NCBI GenBank assembly: GCA_965227775.1
Contig: OZ245777.1
Span: 704,001 to 768,000, forward strand
Source: Phycisphaerales bacterium
Lineage (GTDB): Bacteria > Planctomycetota > Phycisphaerae > Phycisphaerales > UBA1924
DNA: 64,000 bases
Direction of reading: 5' to 3'
Part shown: positions 1 through 10,051 of the stretch, piece after piece
How the letters are laid out: every line of letters starts with the position of its first letter
Position numbering within the stretch: position 1 is the first letter of the stretch
Translations under genes and position numbers: made by a program
Notes under the pieces: model-generated
Seen by the model: only the letters and a program-made list of their open reading frames with translations
Told to the model about the DNA's origin: nothing
The model's database searches: none

Positions 1-49
1 CGGTAGCGATACCGACCGCACTGCGAGAAAACCGCCGACATTCGCGAGA

Positions 50-1543
50 CTAGGCCGGCTCCTGCCCATCGAGCCCGAGCGCCTTCATCTTCTTATAAAG
101 CGTCGTGCGGTTGATGCCCAGGTCGTCGGCCGTCGCCTGCCGGTTCCAGTCGTTGGCCTTCAATGCCTTGAGGATGATCCGCTTCTCAGGCTCACGCATC
201 GCGTCGGCCAGCGGCATGGGCGTCCACGGCGTCTCGGCTTCTGGCTCGGCCGGCCGCAACGACGCGGGCGTCAGTGGCCCGGTGGCGTTCTCGATGACCT
301 GTGGTGGCAGATCGTGCAACGCGATCGTCGGCGTGCGCGTGAGTACGGCGGCGCGCTCCACGATGTTCTGCAACTCGCGCACGTTGCCCGGATAGCTGTA
401 TCGCCGGAGCGCATCGAGCGCCTCATCCGCAAAGCCGAGCAACGCCTTGCCAAGCTCCTCGGCGTGCTGCTTCAGGAAGTGCTCGGCCAGCATCGGCACG
501 TCGTTCACACGATCGCGCAAGGGCGGGATCTCGATCTTCACGACGTTGATGCGATAGTACAGGTCTTGCCTGAACTTGCCCTCGGCCACGAGCGCCTCCA
601 GGTCCTGATTGCTCGCCAGCACCACGCGCGTGTCGACCTCGATGGTCTCGTTGCTGCCAACCGGCTCGAAGCGCCGCTCCTGCAACACACGCAGCAGCTT
701 GAGCTGCATGGCCGGGCTCGCGCTGTTGATCTCGTCGAGGAACAGCGTGCCGCCATCAGCCGCCAGGAAGCGCCCAGCCTTGTCTGCGTGCGCCCCCGTG
801 AAGGCGCCCTTGACGTGACCAAAGAGCTCGCTCTCGAGCAGCGTCTCGGGGATCGATCCGCAGGAGATCTCAACGAACGGCTCGTTCCGCCGCGGGCTGT
901 TCTGGTGGATGGCGCGCGCGATCAGGCTCTTGCCCACGCCGCTCTCGCCGGTCATGAGCACCGTCGTCCGACTCGGGGCCACGGCCTCGATCAATTCGAA
1001 GATACGCTGCACGCGGTGGTCGCGGCCGACGATGCCCTCGAGCCCGTACCGGCCGGCGAGCTGCTGCTTCAGTCGACGGTTCTCGCTGAGCAGCTTGTGC
1101 TGGCCCAATGCACGCTCGAGCGACACACGAAGCTCGCTATCAACAACGGGCTTGGTCAGGTAGTCGCTCGCACCCAGCCGCAGCGCCTCGACTGCCGACT
1201 CGATGGTGCCGTAGCCGGTCAGCATGATGACCGCGGCGTCGTGCTCCTTCTGGATGTGCGCGAGCAGGTCCATCCCGCCCATCCCCGGCATCGAGACGTC
1301 GCAGATCGCCAGGTCGAACGGGTGCGGCACGCGGCTCGGGCCGTCGGTGTGCTGTTCTGCCTCGGCCAGCGCCTCCATCGCCTCGGCAGCGTCGAATGCA
1401 GTCGCCGCCTCGTAGCCCTCGCGCACCAGGAACTCGGCCAGACTCTCGGCGATGATCGGATCGTCGTCGATCACCAGCACCTTGTGCGTGCCGGTGGACT
1501 TCTTGCTTGGTAGTGCGGCGGCTTCGGTCGGCATCGAACTCAC
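50..1543 (-). CDS. Sigma-54-dependent response regulator (NtrC/AtoC family)
   Basis: N-terminal receiver (VLVIDDD, D-phosphoacceptor in CDVSMPG, LTKP), AAA+ Walker A GESGVGKS, GAFTGA loop, Walker B LFLDEI, C-terminal Fis-type HTH (NRQATADDLGINRTTLYKKM). The GTG start overlaps the upstream TGA (GTGA). Confidence 0.95.
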   Translation of the reverse strand: MSSMPTEAAALPSKKSTGTHKVLVIDDDPIIAESLAEFLVREGYEAATAFDAAEAMEALAEAEQHTDGPSRVPHPFDLAICDVSMPGMGGMDLLAHIQKEHDAAVIMLTGYGTIESAVEALRLGASDYLTKPVVDSELRVSLERALGQHKLLSENRRLKQQLAGRYGLEGIVGRDHRVQRIFELIEAVAPSRTTVLMTGESGVGKSLIARAIHQNSPRRNEPFVEISCGSIPETLLESELFGHVKGAFTGAHADKAGRFLAADGGTLFLDEINSASPAMQLKLLRVLQERRFEPVGSNETIEVDTRVVLASNQDLEALVAEGKFRQDLYYRINVVKIEIPPLRDRVNDVPMLAEHFLKQHAEELGKALLGFADEALDALRRYSYPGNVRELQNIVERAAVLTRTPTIALHDLPPQVIENATGPLTPASLRPAEPEAETPWTPMPLADAMREPEKRIILKALKANDWNRQATADDLGINRTTLYKKMKALGLDGQEPA

Positions 1544-2427
1544 CCGATGCTCTGCGCGCCGCGGTCTTGCGGCACGGGGTAGCGAGCCCGAAGCACGGCA
1601 CCACCTTCGCGGCTTGCCGAGAGCTCGAGCGTGCCGCCCATGTCGCGCGCGACCTCGGCGCTGATCGCAAGCCCGAGCCCGAAGCCCTTGCTCTTGCTGG
1701 TCACGCCGGGCTCGAATAGCTTGCGCGGGGAGGTCGACACATCCAGCCCCGCCCCGGTGTCGCGAATCTCCAGGATCACCTGAGGCCCATCGTCTTCGTC
1801 GTGCTCCAGCCGCAGCGACAGCGTCACCGTGCCCGGCTTGCCCGACCGCTCGACGGCCTCGATCGCGTTGCGCAGACCATTAAGGATCAACGGGTACACC
1901 GGCCCCGCTGCGATCGTCTGAATATCCGCGTCGAGCTGGCCCTCGAGCCTCGCCAGCGCCTCACCGGCCGCCGGCCCGACCACCGCGAGCGCGTGCTCGG
2001 CCGCCTCAGCCAGCGAGATCGGCGCGCCGCGAGAGATGGTCGGCGAGCCCGGCCCGCCCGGAGCCCCACTGAGCGTCGCGTGCAGGATGTCACACATCCG
2101 CTCCATCGCCTTGTAGGCCGTATTCACGTGCTGGCGGACGCCGTCGAGCTCCTGGGCGGCAGACGCCGTGAGCTCGGCGTCGAGCGACTGCCGCGCGAGC
2201 GCCAGCTGCCGCATCGAACCATCCAGCAGGTTGTTCAGGTCGTGCGCCAGGCTCGTCAGCTTGTCGGCCACGGGCACCATGCCGGACACGCCCGGCTGGG
2301 CGCGACCGGCCGGTCGGCGATCATCGGGCGAGGGCTGGTTGTCTCGATGTTGCTCCATCGCATCGGTCATCGGCCGACGTGCGGGCCCGGCTGTGTTGCT
2401 TCTGTGCAACACTTCCGGGTCCGACAT
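1540..2427 (-). CDS. Cytoplasmic sensor histidine kinase (HisKA + HATPase_c), no obvious input domain
   Basis: H-box LAHDLNNLL, N-box NGLRNAIEA, G1 DTGAGL, G2 KSKGFGLGL. Translationally coupled to the regulator. Start could be 2370. Confidence 0.85.
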   Translation of the reverse strand: MSDPEVLHRSNTAGPARRPMTDAMEQHRDNQPSPDDRRPAGRAQPGVSGMVPVADKLTSLAHDLNNLLDGSMRQLALARQSLDAELTASAAQELDGVRQHVNTAYKAMERMCDILHATLSGAPGGPGSPTISRGAPISLAEAAEHALAVVGPAAGEALARLEGQLDADIQTIAAGPVYPLILNGLRNAIEAVERSGKPGTVTLSLRLEHDEDDGPQVILEIRDTGAGLDVSTSPRKLFEPGVTSKSKGFGLGLAISAEVARDMGGTLELSASREGGAVLRARYPVPQDRGAQSIG

Positions 2428-2486
2428 TCTCGGACGTTGAATACCGGCAACATCCCGACCACACGCGCAGAACGTGCGCGTATGGC

Positions 2487-5456
2487 CTAGGCGACGCCCA
2501 GGGCCTCGGCGTCGCGATCACTGAGCATGCCACCATCGGAGCGTTCCTTGACGGTGCCGTCGCGCTTCCAAGACCGCTCGCAGCGCGGGTCGGAGCCGTG
2601 GTCGGTCACCGCGATCTCGGCAGCGCCGACTTCGACCTTGCTCACGCCGAGCAGGTCGGCCAGGTCCACAGGGTCGAAACCGTCGAGCAGGCCTTCGGGG
2701 CTGGGTAGGGCCACCCACGCGTCCAGCGGGTTGTCGATGTCCATGCCGCCCTTGTCCGCCGAGCCGCGCGCGAGCTCGATGGCCGCGAGTGCCTTGTCGC
2801 GTAGGGCCATGACCTTTGCCCAGCGCTCGTCGGCCGCGATGCCGCTCGCCGGCAGCACCGTCTCCAGGTGGACGCAGGTGTCGATCTCGTCGGCCGCGAC
2901 TCGATGCAGGGCGCGGAAGGCCTCGTCGGCGGTGTGGGGCAGGATGGGTGCGAGCAGCCGGGACAGCCCGTCAGTGATGTGGTGCAACACCGTCTGCGTG
3001 CGCCGGCGGCGAGCGTTGTCGGCCTTATCGCAGTACAGCCGGTCCTTGATGGCCGCGAGATACACCGCGCTCATCGTGTCGTTGCAGAAGGCGTACAGCT
3101 TGGCGTGCGCCGTGCGGAACTCGTACTTCTCGTACGCGGCCAGCACGTCCGTGCTCAACGCATCAAACTTCGAAAGCGCCCACGCGTCGATGCTCGTCGG
3201 CTCCACGGACCCGAGATCGACTGCCTTCGACGAATCGAAATCGCCCAGGTTGCCGAGCATGAAGCGCAGCGTGTTGCGAACCTTGCGGTAAGCTTCGCCG
3301 GCGATGGCGAAGAATTCGTCATCGACCTTGGCGTCGTTCTCGTAGCTGAGCGAGGCAACCCACCACCGCAGCACGTCGCATCCGTACTTAGTGAAGAGCG
3401 CCTCGATCGTGTCGCCGCGGCTCTTGCTGAGCTTCTGGCCGTCCTTGTCGACCATGAAGCCGTGGGTGACCACCGCCTTATACGGCGGCTTGCCCGTCGA
3501 CCCCAACGCACACGCCAGGCTCGACTGGAACCAGCCGCGGTGCTGGTCGCTGCCCTCAAGATACAACTCGCTGGGGAACACGCCCAAGCGATGCCGCATC
3601 ACGGCGTTCCATGTCGCGCCGCTCTCGAACCAGACGTCGAGGATGTCCTCGCCCTTGCGCAGCTCGCTCTTGGAGATGCCCTTGAGCTCGTCTGGCAGGT
3701 CGGCGTCGGCGGCGGGGTTCCAATTCGCCAGCAGATCGCTGGGGCCCTCGGTGAACCACGCGTCGCTGCCGCGCTCACCGAACACGCGCGCCATCTCGCG
3801 CACCAGGCTCGGCGTGAACACGGCCGTGCCGTCCTTCGTGTGGAACGCCGGGATCGGCAGCCCCCACGCGCGCTGTCGGCTGATGCACCAATCGGGGCGG
3901 CTATCGAGCATGCCTCGCAAGCGATTGCGCGCCCACGCGGGGTGGAAGTCGACACTCTCGGTCGTACCCGCATCGACCCAGTGCAGCGACCGCTCGCGCA
4001 GGGACTTGGCCTCGTCGCCATCCACGGTGAACCCACCGTCGATGCTCACAAACCACTGCTCGGTGCTCCGGAAGATCACCGGCGTCTTGCTGCGCCAGTC
4101 GTGCGGGTAGCTGTGCATGAACTTCGAGCTATGGAATAGGTGCCCGCTGTCGCGCAGCCTGTCGGTGATGGCCTCGTTGGCCTTCCAGATGTGCTGGCCC
4201 GCCAGCCAATCGGGCGTGGTGTCGTCGTAGGTGCCGTTGCCCTGCACGGGGCAATAGACCGGCAGCCCGACGCGCTTGCCCGTGTCGTAGTCCTCGGCGC
4301 CATGGCCCGGGGCGGTATGCACCAGGCCTGTGCCGTCCTCGAGCGTCACGTACTCGGCGTCGTAGATCGTCCAGCACGCGTCCTCGCACGCGGCACCCTG
4401 TCCCTTGGGCGTGTACTGCAAGAATGGATGGCGATACTTCAGCCCCACGAGCGACGCGCCGGTCGTCTTCGCCAGGACGTGCACGTCTTCGGCCTTGCCC
4501 ATCTTCGCAACCGTGTCGAGCAGCGCTTCGGCGACGATCGTCAGATTGCCATCGATGCGCGCGAGCACATATTCGAACTTCTTGCCCACTGCGACGGCAA
4601 GGTTCGCCGGCAGCGTCCAGGGTGTCGTTGTCCAGATCATGAAGCTGGGCGTCTGGCCCGGTCGCTCGGCATCGGGAATGCCAAACGCGTCGTACACCTT
4701 CTCCTTGTCGACCGCCTCGAAGTCGACGTAGATCGAGATGTCCTCGCGGTCCATGTACTCCAGCTCGGCCTCGGCCAGCGCCGTCTCGTTGGCGATCGAC
4801 CAGTGCACGGGCTTGAGCGCGCGATACACCAATCCGCGTTCGCACAGATCAGCCAGCACCTCCGTCACAGCCTTCTCGAACTCGGGCTGGATGGTCAGGT
4901 ACGGGTGCTCGTAGTCGGCCATGGTGAGCAGGCGGATCATCTGCCCGCTCTGCAGCTCAACGTACTTCTTGGCGTACTGTTCACACTCGGCGCGCACGCT
5001 CGCGCGCCGCGCCCACGCGTCTAGACCATCGAGCTCCTTGATCTTTTTGCTCTTGACCAACTCCCCCATCACCTTGTGCTCGATGGGCAGGCCGTGGCAG
5101 TCCCAGCCCGGCACGAAGGGGCAGTCTTTGCCCATCAGCGTCTGGCTGCGCACGACGAAGTCCTTGAGCGTCTTGTTCGTCAGGTGGCCCAGGTGGATGG
5201 AGCCGTTCGCGTAGGGAGGGCCGTCGTGGAACGCGAAATCGGGCGCGTCCTTGCGCTGCTCGCGGAGCTTCTGGTAAACGCCCGCTTTCTGCCACCGCTC
5301 GATGCTGGCCGGCTCGTTGTTCACCAGCCCGGCGCGCATCGGGAAGTCCGTTTGCGGCAGGTTCAGGCTCTGGCGATACTTGTTCTTGTCCGCCTTGCCG
5401 CCCTGCTTTTGGTTGGGCGTGCGATCTTTCGGTTGGGGCTTGGTCGTATCGGGCAT
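2487..5456 (-). CDS. ileS: Isoleucine--tRNA ligase (type 1)
   Basis: LNLPQTDFPMRA, DGPPYANGSIHLGH, GWDCHGLPIE, WTTTPWTLPAN, GTGLVHTAPGHG, DWCISRQR, EGSDQHRGWF, KLSKS. Start set at MPDTTK behind a GGAG. Confidence 0.97.
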   Translation of the reverse strand: MPDTTKPQPKDRTPNQKQGGKADKNKYRQSLNLPQTDFPMRAGLVNNEPASIERWQKAGVYQKLREQRKDAPDFAFHDGPPYANGSIHLGHLTNKTLKDFVVRSQTLMGKDCPFVPGWDCHGLPIEHKVMGELVKSKKIKELDGLDAWARRASVRAECEQYAKKYVELQSGQMIRLLTMADYEHPYLTIQPEFEKAVTEVLADLCERGLVYRALKPVHWSIANETALAEAELEYMDREDISIYVDFEAVDKEKVYDAFGIPDAERPGQTPSFMIWTTTPWTLPANLAVAVGKKFEYVLARIDGNLTIVAEALLDTVAKMGKAEDVHVLAKTTGASLVGLKYRHPFLQYTPKGQGAACEDACWTIYDAEYVTLEDGTGLVHTAPGHGAEDYDTGKRVGLPVYCPVQGNGTYDDTTPDWLAGQHIWKANEAITDRLRDSGHLFHSSKFMHSYPHDWRSKTPVIFRSTEQWFVSIDGGFTVDGDEAKSLRERSLHWVDAGTTESVDFHPAWARNRLRGMLDSRPDWCISRQRAWGLPIPAFHTKDGTAVFTPSLVREMARVFGERGSDAWFTEGPSDLLANWNPAADADLPDELKGISKSELRKGEDILDVWFESGATWNAVMRHRLGVFPSELYLEGSDQHRGWFQSSLACALGSTGKPPYKAVVTHGFMVDKDGQKLSKSRGDTIEALFTKYGCDVLRWWVASLSYENDAKVDDEFFAIAGEAYRKVRNTLRFMLGNLGDFDSSKAVDLGSVEPTSIDAWALSKFDALSTDVLAAYEKYEFRTAHAKLYAFCNDTMSAVYLAAIKDRLYCDKADNARRRRTQTVLHHITDGLSRLLAPILPHTADEAFRALHRVAADEIDTCVHLETVLPASGIAADERWAKVMALRDKALAAIELARGSADKGGMDIDNPLDAWVALPSPEGLLDGFDPVDLADLLGVSKVEVGAAEIAVTDHGSDPRCERSWKRDGTVKERSDGGMLSDRDAEALGVA

Positions 5457-5784
5457 GGCGCTGACGCTCCGCGATGGGCCGACGGCGATCGAGCAATGGC
5501 CCGGTCGGCTGAGGACGAGGCCCGTTGTCGGTTCGGGCCCAGAGTTTGGCTGTGATGGTACGGATGCGGACCGATCGGCCCGCGGCAAGGCGAGTGCGGC
5601 TTGGGCCCCTTAGCGGGGCGACGTAATTCGGCGCGCAGCCAGCATCAACGATCGTAGCAACAGCCTGTCGCTTATGGCGGGCTGCTCGATGGTGCGTCGA
5701 TACGGATATCCGCCACCCTCCGGCCCCGGGGGGCCGCTATCTTTCGGGCCCGCAGGTCCGCGGAAGCCTTTGTTGAAGGAGCCC

Positions 5785-8118
5785 ATGGCCGACCCCACGC
5801 GCCCAGCACCCAGCCTCGATGCCCTGGCCGAACTCGGCCGGAGCGAGGGGCTGCGCAAGGCCCGCCTGCTGCCGGCCGGCCTCCGTGCGATGGCCCTGGG
5901 CGAGGCCCTGCCCTGGCTGGATGGCAACGACCGCATGCGAGCCGCCGCATGGCTCATCCGCCGGGCCGCGCACGGCGACGGCCTTGCGGGCCTGGCTTCG
6001 ATTACCGCCAGCGCCGGCCAGCTGATCTTCGGCGGCAAGGGCCTGGCGGCCAGCCAGGAGTCGCTGTTCCAGCTCACGCGGAACTGGCAGTCCGTCCCCG
6101 AGCCGCTCCGCGCCCAGGCCCTCGACGCCGCCGGACCGGCCCGATGGGTCCGCGCGATCGAGCGAGCCACCCACCTCGACGAGCCACGAGCCCGCGCGTC
6201 GGCCGCCGAGGTCGCCGGCTTCGTGGGCGGCCGGATGGGCTCGCTCCAGGCCCTGCGACTCGCTGCCCCGTTGCTGGGTGACGAGGATCGGGGCGTTGCT
6301 ATGGCTGCCGAGCGGGCGCTCGTGCGCGCCACGGGCCGCGCCGCCGAGATCGACCTCGCCGGGCTGCACGCCCGCGAGGGCGACGCCGAGCCCGAGGTAA
6401 GCGAGCTGCAGGCCGGGCTCGCGACCGTGCAAGGCGTCGAAGAAGTCATCGCGCAAGCAGTCATCCACTTCGACGAGCACCGCCGCTTCGGCGTGCTGCT
6501 GGCAGCGCTGGCGCTCTTGGGCGAGGCCAGCGCCTCAGCCGGGCGTCGCGGCATCGGCACGCCTCTCGCGCAATGGCTCGCAACCAGGCCGACGAATCGC
6601 CGCGGCGACACCGCCGGCGCCCACGGCGCGCTCCGCACCGTGCTGCGCAAGGCCGACCTGCCCCTCGCTCGCCAGCGCGCCCTTGCCTGGATCGTGATGG
6701 ATCACCTGTCGCAAGCCGCGAGTGACCGCCTCAGCCGCGCGAACACGCCCGCCGAGCACGAGGCCGTGCTGCACCGGGCGTTCCTGACGCGGCGCCGCCT
6801 GCGTGCGAGCCGAGTCGCCGGCATGCAGGCCAGGCCGCGCATCCGCCAGACCGCCGAGCAGCTGGTGCCCCCACCGGACGCGAGCGACACCACGCTCGAC
6901 GATCGTGGCGCGCCACCGCTCGATTGGCCCGAGGCCTGCCCCGTGCCGGGCGAGGCGACTATCGAGCGGCTCGACACCGCGGCGCGCGCCGGGCTGGCCG
7001 AGTGGCTGGCGGCGCTTCAGCTCGATCGCCAGGTCCGCGCGCGTGTGCTCACGCCGCGCCTGACCGACGACGAGCCCCGCGTGCGACACGCGCTCGCCCG
7101 CTTCGGTCCGCCGACAATCATCGAAGACCTCGTCTACGACGCCGACGGTGCCATCGCGCGTTCGGCAGCGCTCAGCCTCAGCCGCCTGGGCGAGCCGCTC
7201 GAGGCCGTGCCCGCGGCGACACAGCCCGTGGATGGGTGGATGGCCTCGCTCGATCGGCACCCCGACGCCGTCGTCCGCATGATCGGCAGGCAAGAACTCG
7301 CCCGCGCCGGCAAGCGCGGGGCCGGGGCGCTCGCCGCGTGCTCGGCCCGCGCCGCGCTCAAGCGCACCGATGCGCGCGGCAGGTGGCTGGTTGCGGCGCT
7401 CGAGTCTGGTGATCCGGCACAACAGATCGAAGCCATGACGCTTGCGCGGCGCCTCCGCCTGCCCGCGACGCACGAGGGCGTGCGCGATGTGCTGCTGGCG
7501 GCGGTCATGGTCGCCGGGCCAGCGAGCGGCCTTGCAGAAGACGATGAGCGCCAGCGCGTTGCCGCGTCGGCCGTGCGGGCGCTCTCGATCGCTCCCGGCC
7601 GCGAGGTGAGCAAGGCCATCGAGGCCGCGTGCCGATACCCGGCCGCCCGCGTGCGCGCCAACGCGGTCGAAGCCATCGACGATCGGCGGCGTCGCGGGCT
7701 GATCGAGGCGCCCGCCGACCGCTTTGTCGAGCTCACCGGAGACGAGCACCAGCGCGTACGCGCCAACGCCGTGCGGGCCGGGCTCATCGGCGTGGAGCGC
7801 AAGCCTGATCGATCGGCCAAGCAAGCCAGCGAGGTGGCGCTGCGGACCATGCTGGGCGATGAGCGGCCGGCCCACCGCGTGTCGGGCCTGTGGGTCGCTG
7901 GGCGCGTGCTTCGGCGCGGGCCGGAGCTCTCGTTGGGGCGGCGCTGGACCGAGCTGGCCGCCGTCATCGCCGACATGGCGCGACACGACGCCGACCCCGG
8001 TGCGCGCGCACGGGCGGCCGCGTGCCTGGGCAGCCTGGAAGCAGAGGCCCGCCAACGCTGGCAACGCGGCGCGGCCCGCACGAGCAACGGCAAGCGGCAG
8101 AAGGGAGCGGTCGCATGA
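5785..8118 (+). CDS. HEAT/PBS-like alpha-solenoid repeat protein
   Basis: Ala/Arg/Leu-rich helical repeats (EPRVRHALA, ARVRANAVEA, QRVRANAVRA). AAGGAG precedes ATG 5785. Confidence 0.6.
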   Translation: MADPTRPAPSLDALAELGRSEGLRKARLLPAGLRAMALGEALPWLDGNDRMRAAAWLIRRAAHGDGLAGLASITASAGQLIFGGKGLAASQESLFQLTRNWQSVPEPLRAQALDAAGPARWVRAIERATHLDEPRARASAAEVAGFVGGRMGSLQALRLAAPLLGDEDRGVAMAAERALVRATGRAAEIDLAGLHAREGDAEPEVSELQAGLATVQGVEEVIAQAVIHFDEHRRFGVLLAALALLGEASASAGRRGIGTPLAQWLATRPTNRRGDTAGAHGALRTVLRKADLPLARQRALAWIVMDHLSQAASDRLSRANTPAEHEAVLHRAFLTRRRLRASRVAGMQARPRIRQTAEQLVPPPDASDTTLDDRGAPPLDWPEACPVPGEATIERLDTAARAGLAEWLAALQLDRQVRARVLTPRLTDDEPRVRHALARFGPPTIIEDLVYDADGAIARSAALSLSRLGEPLEAVPAATQPVDGWMASLDRHPDAVVRMIGRQELARAGKRGAGALAACSARAALKRTDARGRWLVAALESGDPAQQIEAMTLARRLRLPATHEGVRDVLLAAVMVAGPASGLAEDDERQRVAASAVRALSIAPGREVSKAIEAACRYPAARVRANAVEAIDDRRRRGLIEAPADRFVELTGDEHQRVRANAVRAGLIGVERKPDRSAKQASEVALRTMLGDERPAHRVSGLWVAGRVLRRGPELSLGRRWTELAAVIADMARHDADPGARARAAACLGSLEAEARQRWQRGAARTSNGKRQKGAVA

Positions 8119-8603
8119 AGCGAATCCTCGTGCTTGCGTTTGTGCTCGTGCTGATCCCCACGCTCGCGTTGGCGCAAGAGAGCTACCGGCTCGGACCGAT
8201 CGAGATCATTAACGAGGGCGCGCCGACCGACGACGTCGTGCGCGAGCCCACGGCCGCCGGCAGCTGGACCGACGCGCTCACGCCCGCGATGAAGCTGGGC
8301 ATCGTGTTCGTCGCCGTGGGCGTACCGATGGCGATCGTGGTGCTCGGCCGCCTGTGGCGCGGCCAGCCCGAGCACGAGCGGGCCCTCATACTGCTCAGCG
8401 TCGCCATGGGCCGCGGCCGCGGCTTCCGCAACCGCGTGCGTTCGCTCTCGGGCTCGCACGGCCCCGGCCGCCGCCCCATCTCGCCCATCGCGATGCTGCT
8501 GGCCCCACGTGCATTCGACACGGCCCTCGACACCGCCACCCACGCCGAACGCGCCTACGGCGTCCCCCTCCGCCACGCCGTCCACGGCTTCCGCAAGAAC
8601 TAA
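8115..8603 (+). CDS. Hypothetical membrane protein (signal peptide plus one TM helix)
   Basis: ATGA overlap with the upstream gene. MKRILVLAFVLVLIPTLALAQ signal and LGIVFVAVGVPMAIVVLG TM segment. Confidence 0.65.
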   Translation: MKRILVLAFVLVLIPTLALAQESYRLGPIEIINEGAPTDDVVREPTAAGSWTDALTPAMKLGIVFVAVGVPMAIVVLGRLWRGQPEHERALILLSVAMGRGRGFRNRVRSLSGSHGPGRRPISPIAMLLAPRAFDTALDTATHAERAYGVPLRHAVHGFRKN

Positions 8604-8604
8604 A

Positions 8605-9990
8605 TCACTCGCAGCCCGCGTCGAACGCTGTCTGGAACGCCAGGAAGTCGAACAGCGTCAGCTCGCCGTCGCCATCGAAGTCGGCGGTTGTGTCGCCGTC
8701 CTCGAAGAGGTTGAGGAAGGTGAGGAAGTCGAAGATGGTGAGGGTGCCATCGGCGTCGATATCGGCCGGGCAGTTGCCGCAGGTAAGGTCGAAGAAGTAG
8801 GCGGCGCCGGTCTGGCTGCCGGAGGCGTCGATCTCGTCGGGCGCGCCCGCCAGAGCATGGCCGCTGCGCATGACGACGGGCTGGCCGTAGCGGCGGGCGT
8901 AGATCGGCGGATCGGGCACGAGCGCCGACACCTGCTGCCAGCCGTTACCCGGCCGACGCTCGAAACGCAGCACGCGGCCTTCGACCGTCGCCGTCCGCGT
9001 AGCGCCCTCGGTCGCGAGGAGCATATCGCCTTGGATCGCAACGGAGATGCCGAAGACGGCGCTCTTCATCGGCGGATCGTGGGTGATCTCCTGCTCGAGT
9101 AGCCAGTGCTGGCCGTCGTACGAGTACGTCTGCACGATGCCCTGGAGTTCGAACTCGCGCTCGCTCAACGCGGCACCGATGGCCAGGGTCTGCCCATCGA
9201 AGTCGATCGCAACACCAAAGCCGCGTGTTCCAGGAGACTCTATCTTCTGCACGAACTCCAGCGTGTTGTCGGCGCGCTTGCGGTACGCGTACACCGCGCC
9301 GGCCCTCGAACTGACTGTGCTCTCGAAGTACGCACTCAGGAAGATCCACTCGTCCAAAGCAACGCCCGCGCAGCCAAAGCAGTCGGCGCTCACTAACGGC
9401 GCGGGTGGATGGAACTTCTCACTGAGTATCCATTCACCATCGGCGAATTCATAGCGATACACGTTGGCTGGCCTGCTCGACTTAACCAGCGCAACGTCAC
9501 CCGACAGATAGACGCCAGCGCCAAAGAGCTCGGCGACCTCCGCAGGCGGTTGCAGCCTGCCGGTCTCAAACCACTCGCCGTCTTCAAGCTCATAGATGTA
9601 CGCGACGCCCTGTCTGAAACCGACGCCAGGCCATGCCGCCCCCATCCCACCCACGATCAGGCGGTCGCCGTCGGTGTCGATGCTGGTACCGAAGAAGTCG
9701 TACGGCGAGACATCGGGCGGCACAAGCGTCTGCACAAGCTCGAGCCGTCCGTCGAACTCCTGGTAGATGAAAACAGCACCGGTCGCGCACTGGAAAGCAG
9801 AGCCACTACAGAGTGTTCGGGCGTTCGGGTCAGCCACGAACCAATACTCACCATTGGTTGAAACTTCGAGTCCGAATCCAGATGTTGGTATCTCGATGGG
9901 TGAAGTGAGCCGTTGTGGCTCGCATAGCTCATTCCCGAGCACCGCGCACCGAGACAGAGCAACGGCACAGACTAGTGCACACGCGCGCAT
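8605..9990 (-). CDS. Secreted FG-GAP-repeat beta-propeller protein with C-terminal GC-type dockerin-like domain
   Basis: Repeats FGxxVxxxG...GA...GAV/AYxF. C-terminus CPADIDADGTLTIFDFL...ADFDGDGELTLFDFLAFQTAFDAGCE. Confidence 0.85.
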   Translation of the reverse strand: MRACALVCAVALSRCAVLGNELCEPQRLTSPIEIPTSGFGLEVSTNGEYWFVADPNARTLCSGSAFQCATGAVFIYQEFDGRLELVQTLVPPDVSPYDFFGTSIDTDGDRLIVGGMGAAWPGVGFRQGVAYIYELEDGEWFETGRLQPPAEVAELFGAGVYLSGDVALVKSSRPANVYRYEFADGEWILSEKFHPPAPLVSADCFGCAGVALDEWIFLSAYFESTVSSRAGAVYAYRKRADNTLEFVQKIESPGTRGFGVAIDFDGQTLAIGAALSEREFELQGIVQTYSYDGQHWLLEQEITHDPPMKSAVFGISVAIQGDMLLATEGATRTATVEGRVLRFERRPGNGWQQVSALVPDPPIYARRYGQPVVMRSGHALAGAPDEIDASGSQTGAAYFFDLTCGNCPADIDADGTLTIFDFLTFLNLFEDGDTTADFDGDGELTLFDFLAFQTAFDAGCE

Positions 9991-9996
9991 ACCCAC

Positions 9997-10025
9997 ATTC
10001 TGACCGAAATCACCCGCCGATGCAA
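9997..10025 (-). promoter_or_regulatory. Putative sigma-70 promoter (TTGCAT-N17-CAGAAT), 6 nt before ATG 9990
   Basis: Sequence read on the minus strand with canonical 17-nt spacing. Confidence 0.5.
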
Positions 10026-10051
10026 GTAAAACATGCACCGAGACCGGTCAC

